Shown here: piece by piece, positions 45,291-54,178 of the stretch
Layout of the letters: each line of letters starts with the position of its first letter
Numbering within the stretch: the stretch's first letter is position 1
Origin: Dehalococcoidia bacterium
Lineage (GTDB): Bacteria > Chloroflexota > Dehalococcoidia > Lucifugimonadales > JADFKI01
DNA length: 64,000 nucleotides
NCBI GenBank assembly: GCA_965200085.1
Contig: OZ241333.1
Coordinates: 2,403,704-2,467,703, forward strand
Direction: 5' to 3'
Program-made: the position numbers and the translations under genes
The notes under the pieces: model-generated
Told to the model about the DNA's origin: nothing
The model's input: the letters and a program-made list of their open reading frames with translations, nothing else
Database searches by the model: none

Positions 45291-47456
45291 ATGGTTGACA
45301 TTCTTCTGGACAAAGCAAAGGTTTACCTACCTGCGGACAGGCTGGGCATCATTGACCAAGCTTATCAGTTCGCTGCGGAAGCGCACGAGGGACAGTTTAG
45401 GCGGTCAGGTGAACCTTTCATAGAGCATCCGCTTCAGACTGCGTTATTTCTGGCAGAATTGCGTCTTGATTCTAATGCACTTGCAGCGGCGCTCTTGCAT
45501 GATGTTGTTGAAGATTGCGATGTGTGCTTAGAGGAAATCGAGGTCGAGTTCGGGAGTGAAATTGCAGGACTCGTCGATGGTGTTACCAAGCTGACTAAGG
45601 CTGAGATGGCTTCGGAGGAAGGGAATAGAGGGTTCTTGTTAGCAGGGCCTGAGGTGGATTTGGAGCAGGCTGCGAGCCTTCGCAAGATGCTGGTCTCGAT
45701 GGCGTCCGATATACGCGTAGTGCTAATCAAGTTGGCGGACAGGCTGCATAACATGCGCACCCTGTATGCGCTTTCCCCAAACAGACGCCGCGCCATTGCG
45801 AAGGAGACGCTGGAGATATTTGCCCCTCTAGCGCATCGACTCGGTATATGGGAGATAAAATGGCGCCTTGAAGATTTGGCGTTTCAACATCTGAACAACG
45901 GCGCGTATCAGGAAATATCCAAGATGTTGAACGCGAAGAGGCTGGAGCGCGAGGAATATATCGAAAGCGTGCGTTCGATGCTCCAAGCGGAGCTGGACAA
46001 AGCCGGTCTCAAGGCTGAGGTTACGGGCCGTCCGAAACATATTTACAGCATTCATAAGAAGACCGAGAAGTATCGGCGTCAGAACCTCGGCGTAGATGAC
46101 ATTCACGACCTTTTTGCGCTGCGGATACTCGTTGACAATGTGAAAGACTGCTACCTAGCTCTTGGTATGGTGCATTCGAATTGGCGGCCCTTACCGGGTC
46201 AGTTTGACGATTACATCGCAAATCCTAAGGATAACCTATACAAGTCACTGCATACTACGGTGCTGTGCATTGACGCGCATCCGGTCGAAGTTCAGATACG
46301 AACTTATGAGATGCACCGGCTTGCCGAATATGGTGTTGCGGCTCATTGGTTATACAAAGAGGGACGCTCGTCGGACATAGAGTTCGAGGAGAAGATGACA
46401 TGGCTGCGCCAGATTCTGGACTGGCAGCGAGATGTGAACGGATCGCATGAGTTCATAGAGTCGTTTAAGACGGACATATTTAAGAACCAGGTATATGTTT
46501 ATACTCCTAAGGGAGATCTAAAAGAGCTGCCTGCCGGGGCGACGCCGTTAGACTTCGCTTTCCGCATTCATACCGACGTGGGACATCGGTGCATTGGCGC
46601 TAAAGTGAACGGGAAGCTAGTCGCTCTCACATACCAGCTGCAGAACGGCGATACCGTTGAGGTTATGACGAGCAAGACGGTGAAGGGACCTAGCCTTGAC
46701 TGGCTTAACCCTAATCTTGGCTATCTCAAATCGAACTCGGCGAGAACGAAGGTCAGGCAGTGGTTCAATCGTCAAGAACGCAAAACAAACATTGAACGCG
46801 GAAAGGACATATTCCGCAGACAGCTCCGCAGGCTGAATATGTCGATGGCGGATGAAGAGCTTGCGCGCGTTCTCAAATTCAGCAGCACTGAGGAGTTTCT
46901 TGCGGCACTGGGCGGCGGAGATATAACAGTAGAGCAAGTTGTTGAGCGTATAACGAATCAGGAAATCCCTCAGGATGAAGATTTTGAGCAGATTCACAGC
47001 GTTCCTGCCAGCAGTCCCGCCTCGGGCATCGAGGTGCTGGGCGTAGGAGACCTGCTGACACAAATGGCAAATTGCTGTACACCTATTCATGGGGACAGCA
47101 TTATCGGTTATATCACACGAACCAGAGGCGTTACCGTTCATCGCAGAAACTGCTCCAACATCGTTGCCGAGCGTGAGACTGAGCGTCTAATTCCTGTCGC
47201 GTGGAGTAAAGCGCATCCGCTTTATCCTGTACGCGTTCGACTGGAGGCGCGTGACAGAGTGGGACTGCTTCGTGATATTACCTCCCTTGTTTCGGAAGAA
47301 GGTGTTAATATAGCATCATGTGTGTCAGAAGAGGAGAAGGATGTTAGCATCATCTCTCTGACAGTTTATGTTGACGGTATCAGCCAACTCAACCGTCTGT
47401 TCTCCAAGATGGAGAGCGTACGAGGAGTGATTGGCGTGAGCAGAACGAGAGTTTAA
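45291..47456 (+). CDS. relA: Bifunctional (p)ppGpp synthetase/hydrolase (RelA/SpoT homolog)
   Basis: The HD domain carries HEGQFRRSGEPFIEHP and LLHDVVED. The synthetase domain carries HIYSIHKK and YKSLHTTV. A TGS domain (VYVYTPKGDLKELPAGATPLDFAFRIHT) and a C-terminal ACT-like domain follow. Confidence 0.93.
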   Translation: MVDILLDKAKVYLPADRLGIIDQAYQFAAEAHEGQFRRSGEPFIEHPLQTALFLAELRLDSNALAAALLHDVVEDCDVCLEEIEVEFGSEIAGLVDGVTKLTKAEMASEEGNRGFLLAGPEVDLEQAASLRKMLVSMASDIRVVLIKLADRLHNMRTLYALSPNRRRAIAKETLEIFAPLAHRLGIWEIKWRLEDLAFQHLNNGAYQEISKMLNAKRLEREEYIESVRSMLQAELDKAGLKAEVTGRPKHIYSIHKKTEKYRRQNLGVDDIHDLFALRILVDNVKDCYLALGMVHSNWRPLPGQFDDYIANPKDNLYKSLHTTVLCIDAHPVEVQIRTYEMHRLAEYGVAAHWLYKEGRSSDIEFEEKMTWLRQILDWQRDVNGSHEFIESFKTDIFKNQVYVYTPKGDLKELPAGATPLDFAFRIHTDVGHRCIGAKVNGKLVALTYQLQNGDTVEVMTSKTVKGPSLDWLNPNLGYLKSNSARTKVRQWFNRQERKTNIERGKDIFRRQLRRLNMSMADEELARVLKFSSTEEFLAALGGGDITVEQVVERITNQEIPQDEDFEQIHSVPASSPASGIEVLGVGDLLTQMANCCTPIHGDSIIGYITRTRGVTVHRRNCSNIVAERETERLIPVAWSKAHPLYPVRVRLEARDRVGLLRDITSLVSEEGVNIASCVSEEEKDVSIISLTVYVDGISQLNRLFSKMESVRGVIGVSRTRV

Positions 47457-47511
47457 TTAAACAACCGATGTATGAGAAACAGGCCGGTTGTATTGCGGGA
47501 GGACAAGAGAA

Positions 47512-47772
47512 GTGCCAAGTGCCAAGTCAGCACGAGTATCGGTGAGGAAGCGCAATCGGAACATTCCGTTGCGTACTAGAGCCAAGACTGAAATCAAGAA
47601 AGCGCGAACGCTCATAGACGCCCAAGACATAGAGGGCGCTGAAAAGGCGGTTCGCTCTGCATTCGCAGTACTGGATAAGGCAGCCCAAAAGGGCGCTCTG
47701 CACGCTAACAATGCATCGCGTCGCAAGTCGCGAATTATGAAGGCGCTGCAGAAGGCAAAGAGCGCGGGCTAA
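47512..47772 (+). CDS. rpsT: 30S ribosomal protein S20
   Basis: SAKSARVSVRKRNRNIPLRTRAKTEIKK...LDKAAQKGALHANNASRRKSR. GTG 47512 lies 8 nt after GGGAGG. Confidence 0.9.
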   Translation: MPSAKSARVSVRKRNRNIPLRTRAKTEIKKARTLIDAQDIEGAEKAVRSAFAVLDKAAQKGALHANNASRRKSRIMKALQKAKSAG

Positions 47773-47806
47773 TATAAATGTACAGGATGGAAGGAATCAC
47801 TAAATA

Positions 47807-48160
47807 ATGCTCAGGATGAGATTGAGAAGGGTCGGGGCGAGGAATCAGCCGAGTTACCGTATAGTAGTAGCGGATTCTAGGGCAGCGCGAGACGGCGCTT
47901 TCGTTGACTACCTGGGACACTACAACCCGCGCACAGAGCCTCCAACGATTGTCATAGACGAAGAAAAGGCGCGCAAGTGGCTCAGCGTTGGCGCACAGCC
48001 TTCGGATGCGGTGCAGCGTATTTTGGATAAGATGAGCGCGCCTGAAGAAGCGCCCATCGCAGAAAGTCAGTCGAACTCGGAGGCAGAGTCATCATCCGAA
48101 GCGGACGACACCGCAGGTGATGAGATTTCTGACAAAGCGGAAACAACCACTGTCGAATGA
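47807..48160 (+). CDS. rpsP: 30S ribosomal protein S16 with acidic C-terminal extension
   Basis: MLRMRLRRVGARNQPSYRIVVADSRAARDGAFVDYLGHYNP. Confidence 0.92.
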   Translation: MLRMRLRRVGARNQPSYRIVVADSRAARDGAFVDYLGHYNPRTEPPTIVIDEEKARKWLSVGAQPSDAVQRILDKMSAPEEAPIAESQSNSEAESSSEADDTAGDEISDKAETTTVE

Positions 48161-48387
48161 AAGATATAGTTGAGTACATAGCCAAAGAGATAGTATCTCA
48201 TCCTGACGAAGTTGTAGTTACTGAGGAAGAGGAAGGAGACGGACTTATCATACTTCGGCTCGAAGTCGCTCCTTCGGACAAAGGCAAAGTCATTGGACGT
48301 CAAGGCAGGGTGGCACAGTCTATACGCTCCCTGCTGCGTGTGGCAGCTGTCAAAGACGGCACAAGAGTTATCCTTAAAGTAGATTAG
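48157..48387 (+). CDS. KH-domain RNA-binding protein (UPF0109/YlqC-like)
   Basis: KGKVIGRQGRVAQSIRSLL carries the GxxG KH motif. The start overlaps the rpsP stop (ATGA). Confidence 0.85.
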   Translation: MKDIVEYIAKEIVSHPDEVVVTEEEEGDGLIILRLEVAPSDKGKVIGRQGRVAQSIRSLLRVAAVKDGTRVILKVD

Positions 48388-48396
48388 GCTCTCCGT

Positions 48397-48912
48397 TTGT
48401 CTTCCGTTCCAACTTCTGACGAATCGCCTGTCGTTGTGGGCAGGATACGCTCTGCTTGGGGAATACGCGGCGATGTAGGCGTGGAGGTGCTGTCGGACTC
48501 GCCGAGTCGCTTCGCCAAAGGGAGCGTCTTGCTGCTTAGGGGCAAGCCCACTTTGGTAGAGCGCTCTCGAAAAGGTAAGCGCGGCCTTTTAGTGAAGCTG
48601 GACGCCGCAGACAATCGCACACAGGCGGAAGCTCTGCGCGGAGAGGACCTTACAGTACTGCCGGAGCAGGTAGAGCCGCTGCCGGAAGGTATGTACTACC
48701 ACTTTCAGATTTTGGACCTGCCAGTAGTTACGCAGGACGGTGAACCGCTCGGCGCCATAAGCGAGATAATCGTTACGGGCAGCAATGATGTATATGTCGT
48801 TCACGAGGAAGGACGCCGCGACATTCTGGTGCCTGCGCTTCCGAATGTAATTCTCGCCGTTGACCTAGAAATGCGAGAAATGACCGTTAGTTTGCCGGAC
48901 GGTCTGGTTTAA
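48397..48912 (+). CDS. rimM: 16S rRNA processing protein RimM
   Basis: VVGRIRSAWGIRGDV, the PRC-barrel C-terminal domain, and the position after rpsP-KH. The start is TTG. Confidence 0.88.
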   Translation: MSSVPTSDESPVVVGRIRSAWGIRGDVGVEVLSDSPSRFAKGSVLLLRGKPTLVERSRKGKRGLLVKLDAADNRTQAEALRGEDLTVLPEQVEPLPEGMYYHFQILDLPVVTQDGEPLGAISEIIVTGSNDVYVVHEEGRRDILVPALPNVILAVDLEMREMTVSLPDGLV

Positions 48913-49826
48913 TTCCCCACTCCTGCCGCTTCCTGCATCACTGATGCCGCTTTGAATTCGGCGATGAGCCGCTGCACCAGTGCCGCGTCATTGGGAGGAA
49001 GCGCGAGCCGAGGCGAACGCGGCTCTCCGATGGGCATTCCCACTGCTGCCATAGCGCACTTAGTTGCAGATACATACTTGTCTCCTGCTATAGCGTTTAG
49101 CAAGGGAATCATGCGGTTGTAAAGAGACAACGCTTCGTCCCGTCTTCCTTCGTCCATAAGATCGCACACTGCGGCCGATTCTGCCGGCAGGAAGTTCCCG
49201 ATAACTGACACATACCCTTTTGCGCCGGCCGCCAATGATTCGAAAGGGTGGTATCCGGCGAACACCGTCACGTTGTCAGTGAGGCGGTGTATCTCGCGCA
49301 CTCTTGATATGTCGCCGCTGGATTCTTTAATGTAGCGCACATTATCCAGAGCGCTGAGACGCGCCACGAATTCCGGGCGCAGGTCAACGTTGGCAGTGTT
49401 AGGGTTGTTATATACCATGATTGGTATGGAGACGGCGTCGCTGATACGTCGGAAGTGTTCGAAAAGTTCGTCTTCAGTGGGACTGGAGTAGTAGGGCGAG
49501 ATTATCATCAATCCGTTTGCGCCGATCATCTGCGCTTCGACTGAGTAGCCCACTGCTTTGTCCGTCCATTCGTCTGCAGTGCCGATTAGCACCGGTACGC
49601 GTCCGTCCGCGGCTTCGACGACGGTCTCGATTATCTGCACACGCTCAGAGTCGCTGACTGACAGGAATTCCCCGGTGCTGCCGAGAGGAATAATGCCATG
49701 CGAGCCGTTCTCGACTTGCCAGCCGACAAGACGGCGCAAAGCGTCGGTATCGATGCTGCGTCCGCCGGGTGTGAATGGCGTGGCAAGGACAGTGTAGCTG
49801 CCTCTGAAATCTTCATCTATGTACAT
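48909..49826 (-). CDS. Dihydrodipicolinate synthase / N-acetylneuraminate lyase family (class I aldolase)
   Basis: TPFTPGG...GIIPLGSTGEFLSVSDSER, PVLIGT, YNNP and IKESSGD (the Schiff-base Lys context). The substrate is not inferable. Confidence 0.8.
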   Translation of the reverse strand: MYIDEDFRGSYTVLATPFTPGGRSIDTDALRRLVGWQVENGSHGIIPLGSTGEFLSVSDSERVQIIETVVEAADGRVPVLIGTADEWTDKAVGYSVEAQMIGANGLMIISPYYSSPTEDELFEHFRRISDAVSIPIMVYNNPNTANVDLRPEFVARLSALDNVRYIKESSGDISRVREIHRLTDNVTVFAGYHPFESLAAGAKGYVSVIGNFLPAESAAVCDLMDEGRRDEALSLYNRMIPLLNAIAGDKYVSATKCAMAAVGMPIGEPRSPRLALPPNDAALVQRLIAEFKAASVMQEAAGVGN

Positions 49827-49839
49827 TGGTGCGCTCTCC

Positions 49840-50898
49840 TTAGGTTAGGGATGCTAGGCGGACTTTGAAGTGGGCGGGAAGTTGTCCGGTGTGTTCTATG
49901 ATGGTTTTTGTGTTTCTTACTTGAATCTGTCCGGAGTAGTAAATTTCGATATATACAGGTCCTACTTGACGGGGCCGTTTGAATTCAGCTCCATCGGAGT
50001 GAAAGGGCTTACTAGCAATTATGTATCTCGTTCTTCCCTGTTTAATAGGGCAGTGACTCTCCACTAAAAGGTTTTTGTTCAGTAACCATCTAACGGTTTC
50101 GGACATCATTGCCGCCCAAGATGTAATTTGTATGGATGAATTGTCTGGGAATAGCAGCTCGGCCGGTTTAGAGTATTTAGGGGGTTTTAGTTCCGATAGC
50201 GGTATCCATTCAGTTATGTCAGGCGATAAAGATTGGTTAATGGGTTTTTGTTCGATTGACGGCGGTATTACCCGTTCTTGAACTGGCGTAGGAGCATAAG
50301 TTTCGGTCGGCTCTGATACCGCATTAGCCATACTAGAATTATCAGTTGCGTCTGTTGTTACATAATTTTGCACTGCGCCTAATCCGATGATCGGCTCTTG
50401 CGCTGCGATTATGCTACTTCCTTGTACGCTAGGACGCCATAGAGCAAGGGCTTGCAGGCATACCTTTGCGGGAGACATTTCTCCGACCGTGAATGTTGAA
50501 ATGAGCCTTTCCTCTAAAGGTGCCTGCTTGAATGTTAGATAGATTTTCCATGTTTTTCCGTCAGTGAGTGCGAAGTGAGGAGTACCAATAAAATTACAGT
50601 AGTTGAGGCCCTGCAACGTTACTTTGTCATCTAAAGGCTCACCTAGTTTCTTTGCTTCTATAATTAAGGCGGGAGCTGAACTATCATTTCCTAATAACGC
50701 ATAATCTGCAGAACCTGCTGAGGATCTGTATTCAGGAATGACCATCGAAGGGTCTTCTGTGTTCCAGCCAAGAACCCGCAGCAACGGGTCGATGAGAGCA
50801 TAGCGTGTCAGTGCCTCGCTCTGTCTGAGGGCTGCACCGTGTTCTGTGATGCGCCGGCGCAGGGTTTCGACCGTGTCAAGCAGGTTCTCTAGCGGCAT
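49840..50898 (-). CDS. Orphan protein with an N-terminal HsdR-N-like PD-(D/E)xK nuclease-fold domain, a Pro/Thr/Ser linker and an unrecognised C-terminal domain
   Basis: SEALTRYALIDPLLRVLGWNTEDPSMVIPEYRSSAGSADYALLGNDSSAPALIIEAKKLGEPL matches the type I restriction HsdR N-terminal-like pattern (D...E-A-K). The DNA is visibly AT-richer than its neighbours. Confidence 0.65.
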   Translation of the reverse strand: MPLENLLDTVETLRRRITEHGAALRQSEALTRYALIDPLLRVLGWNTEDPSMVIPEYRSSAGSADYALLGNDSSAPALIIEAKKLGEPLDDKVTLQGLNYCNFIGTPHFALTDGKTWKIYLTFKQAPLEERLISTFTVGEMSPAKVCLQALALWRPSVQGSSIIAAQEPIIGLGAVQNYVTTDATDNSSMANAVSEPTETYAPTPVQERVIPPSIEQKPINQSLSPDITEWIPLSELKPPKYSKPAELLFPDNSSIQITSWAAMMSETVRWLLNKNLLVESHCPIKQGRTRYIIASKPFHSDGAEFKRPRQVGPVYIEIYYSGQIQVRNTKTIIEHTGQLPAHFKVRLASLT

Positions 50899-51095
50899 GG
50901 AATATTCCTTCTAATGCTTGCTGCGCGGATTATAGCATGGCGCTGATGCGAATATAGACAAACAAGAGAGCGATTCTTAACGACTAGCGGTCTGTCCAGC
51001 ACTAAGATTGACTTATCACCTTCAATCCATCAATGCTATGCGGTAATGACTATACCCGCCTTCGTAAGTAAGATTTACGTCAAAATGCAGGGCGT

Positions 51096-52433
51096 CTAAG
51101 AGAGCAGGCGGAGTAGAGTTCGTATCCAATAGAGCAGTCCGCCTTCGAGTTCACGGCGTGAATCCGGAGCTATGTTGGTAAGTATCCACATATAGGTCAT
51201 CGCTTGGTGGAGCGCTCCGAGCGGCTTCGAAGCCTCAAAAGCGTTCACCAAAACTTCCATAGGCGCGTACTTTGTCCAAGCTTCGAGGTAGGCATTTCGC
51301 AGGCGCATATCAGCGTCCGGAATGCCCCTTATCACGCTTTCGTCAAAGTAAGCGGCAGAGATTGTGGACATCTCAAAAAAGGGATGAGAGATACATATAT
51401 CAGTCCAGTCGAAGAAGGTGTAACCCTTGTCGCTGATGATGATATTGCCGCCAAGATCGCCATGAACTAGGGTATGCGGCAAACCTATCTGAGCCAGCTG
51501 AGCGCACATCAGTTTGAGCGGCATGGAAATAGAACGCAGAGCGCTCAGTTCAGATTGGGATAAGCCGCTGTCTCCGCCCGACAGCATCCGTTCGCACGAA
51601 GCAATTAGCGGATCTGTCATCTCGACCATCCGAACTAGACGTCTGTCTGGTATGTTCAGCGAGAACCATTTGCCTATATGCTCGACCTGCTCGACTTGCG
51701 ATCGTGAAAACAGACGCAGTGCATCTTCCCAGCGCGCGATGTCCTGACATTCGTGCAGCATGGCGCTGCCGTAATCCGGCATTAGAAGCCATCCGCGTTC
51801 GGAATCGACGGCGAGCGGCGGCGGGAGCAGCTGGGGACACTGTTCAGCAACGGCTTGCATCGCCCGTCCTTCATGAGACATAAAGGGAGGAGTTGCCTTA
51901 AAGTACACATCGCCCCTATCTGTGCCGACCTTCATCGTGCAGGACAATCCCCACGATCGCTGCTGAATTATAGGTGTTTGCGGCGTGCAGCCAAGCGCAG
52001 CCAAATGAGCGGCAATCCACTCACATACCTCATCGTGCCAACCGATCGATTCCCAAGGCGCGCGCAGTTCCGAGGGACTGTGCAGATTGGCAATCCAAGC
52101 GCTGATAGCCTCAGTTACTGCAGGGTTGGCAAAACCAATAGATGAGGCTTCACCCTGCCCTATCCATCTGGCACTTGGCGGCGCTGATACATTCGTTTCT
52201 CTTGCGGCAGCTACAAATATACGCCAGCGTTCACCGTCGGCGCTGCTTTGCGCTGCGTACTGAAGTGTCCATGTATCAAAGCCGAGCTGACGGCGCATTT
52301 CGGAGTTTATATGCTCGACAATGCGCGAGTCCGTTGTAACAGGACTGAAAGTGGGAACATACCATCCGTCAGAAGACGGCAGCGCCAATACACTTCCATC
52401 TTCTTGCCGTACAACTACGACATGGTATTTCAC
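51096..52433 (-). CDS. Phosphotransferase (APH/choline-kinase-like) family protein with an extra N-terminal domain
   Basis: The catalytic loop is LVHGDLGGNIIIS and the metal-binding motif is FFDWTD. The ~110-aa N-terminal region (MKYHVVVVRQEDGSVLALP) may be Nudix-like. Confidence 0.75.
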   Translation of the reverse strand: MKYHVVVVRQEDGSVLALPSSDGWYVPTFSPVTTDSRIVEHINSEMRRQLGFDTWTLQYAAQSSADGERWRIFVAAARETNVSAPPSARWIGQGEASSIGFANPAVTEAISAWIANLHSPSELRAPWESIGWHDEVCEWIAAHLAALGCTPQTPIIQQRSWGLSCTMKVGTDRGDVYFKATPPFMSHEGRAMQAVAEQCPQLLPPPLAVDSERGWLLMPDYGSAMLHECQDIARWEDALRLFSRSQVEQVEHIGKWFSLNIPDRRLVRMVEMTDPLIASCERMLSGGDSGLSQSELSALRSISMPLKLMCAQLAQIGLPHTLVHGDLGGNIIISDKGYTFFDWTDICISHPFFEMSTISAAYFDESVIRGIPDADMRLRNAYLEAWTKYAPMEVLVNAFEASKPLGALHQAMTYMWILTNIAPDSRRELEGGLLYWIRTLLRLLS

Positions 52434-52441
52434 GGCTTCGA

Positions 52442-54088
52442 TCAGAAGGGACGTCTATGCGAGAATGCGCGCTCTTCGTTAGTAATGAACTCCAGCAGCG
52501 CAGCCCGTCCATTCTCGGTAGCGGCTTTAGCACGCAAAATTGCCGAGGCAACATCATCCGGATCTTCAACACGCTCTGCCCAGCCACCCATATCGCGCGC
52601 TAAGTCGGCATAACGACCGCCAAGGTCGCGGGTGCCATAGAGATCATGCGAGAGCGCCATCGCATCTGTTTCGATTGCCATCGTGGAATTGTTGAAGACG
52701 ACTGTCAGTATGGGGATATTGCTGCGAACCGCCGTCTCGAAGTCCAGCCCTGTCATGCCGAAAGCGGCGTCTCCCATAAAATTGACCACAAACTTATCGG
52801 GCGATGCGAGTTTCGCGCCGATGTTTAAGCCCAACCCCGTGCCAAGTCCGTGTGATTTCCCCCATCCGAGATAAGTTCGGGGACCGCCCGCCTGATAGAA
52901 GGGCATAATCTGATCGCGCGGACTGCCGGAATCATGCGTTACAATTGCATTATCAGAATCGATATGCTGCATAAACTCCCATATCACGCGATACGGTGTA
53001 ATCGGCTTCTGACTAGATGTAAGGGTGGGCATCCATTCGTCGAGCCATTCTTGGCGCACGGATGCGATCTCCTCGGCGACAGAGCCGTCATTCCGCCGTC
53101 CATCGCCAAGAATGTCTTTGCAGGCGTCGATAAACTGCCGCAGTACGAGCTTGGCATCTCCGATGATCGGATGATCAGCGAAATAGTTCTTATCGATGTC
53201 TATTGGTGCATTGGTCGCATGGATAAGCGTTTTCCCCGCGGGCACATTCATCGTCATGCCATGCGTGGTGAAGCTCGTGCCGATGCCAAATACAACATCC
53301 GCCTTACTTACGAAGTGGAACACCGGACGGCTCATCACACCTGACCCGCTGCCGAGAGCCAACGGGTGTTTTTCGGGAAATGCGCTTTTGCCTGCCATTG
53401 TGGTCATAACCGGAATTTGCGTGAGTTCGGCTAACTCTATCAGCTCTTCAGTTGCGTTGGCGTACATCACGCCCTGTCCTGCGTGAATGACAGGATTATC
53501 TGCGTTCAGCAGAGCTTGCGCGGCAGCTTGAACATCGGCTGGGTTTCCGGCAGCAGCAGCCGGCTTAACCGGGCGGTATCCGTCCACAATGTTGTCAGGC
53601 ACTTCGTCGACTGCCACATCCGCGGGAACCTCCACCATTACTGGTCCGGGTCTGCCGCGCTTAAGGGCAGCAAAGGCACGACGCATGGTTTCCACGACTC
53701 GCTCGGGCGTGTTTATTTGCTCGATCTGCTTGGTAACGGAGGCGTAGCTGCGAAGCGAGCTATAGTGTGGGAAGACGCCGTCTCGCTCTCTTGGATGTCC
53801 AAGAGGAAGAAGAAGCATCGGAACGGCGTCCGAGAATGCGGTCGCAACACCGGCATAGGCGTTCTCGGCGCCGGGTCCGTACTGCATTGCGAAGACGCCG
53901 GCAGGCTTACCGTTAGTTACACGCGCATATCCGTCACCGATACCCACGCCTATACGCTCCTGCCGGCAAATTATGGGGCGAATTCCTGCATCTGCCGCTG
54001 CTTCGATGATTGGCGTAGTGGGGAACGCACTCAGGTATTCGATGCCTTCCTTTTTCAGAATCTGTGCTATCGCGTCAATGGTTCGCAT
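52442..54088 (-). CDS. Thiamine-diphosphate-dependent enzyme (acetolactate-synthase-like large subunit family)
   Basis: The N-terminal Pyr domain carries GIEYLSAFPTTPI and GPGAENA. The TPP-binding motif is GDAAFGMTGLDFETAVRSNIPILTVVFNN. Confidence 0.85.
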   Translation of the reverse strand: MRTIDAIAQILKKEGIEYLSAFPTTPIIEAAADAGIRPIICRQERIGVGIGDGYARVTNGKPAGVFAMQYGPGAENAYAGVATAFSDAVPMLLLPLGHPRERDGVFPHYSSLRSYASVTKQIEQINTPERVVETMRRAFAALKRGRPGPVMVEVPADVAVDEVPDNIVDGYRPVKPAAAAGNPADVQAAAQALLNADNPVIHAGQGVMYANATEELIELAELTQIPVMTTMAGKSAFPEKHPLALGSGSGVMSRPVFHFVSKADVVFGIGTSFTTHGMTMNVPAGKTLIHATNAPIDIDKNYFADHPIIGDAKLVLRQFIDACKDILGDGRRNDGSVAEEIASVRQEWLDEWMPTLTSSQKPITPYRVIWEFMQHIDSDNAIVTHDSGSPRDQIMPFYQAGGPRTYLGWGKSHGLGTGLGLNIGAKLASPDKFVVNFMGDAAFGMTGLDFETAVRSNIPILTVVFNNSTMAIETDAMALSHDLYGTRDLGGRYADLARDMGGWAERVEDPDDVASAILRAKAATENGRAALLEFITNEERAFSHRRPF

Positions 54089-54178
54089 AGATTCATCCTT
54101 TCACATCTACTTGTGCTGCTGCTAATTGCGATTCATCTGGGCGGAGTTTATCTCGCCGAGTCGATGATTAATCTATGC

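Noticed and set aside
47512-48912. The rpsP-KH-rimM cluster lacks the usual trmD-rplS continuation; rimM is followed by a convergent aldolase gene.
   Set aside because: This is a gene-order variant with no sequence anomaly at the junction (a 4-nt convergent overlap). It is not evidence of a novel element.
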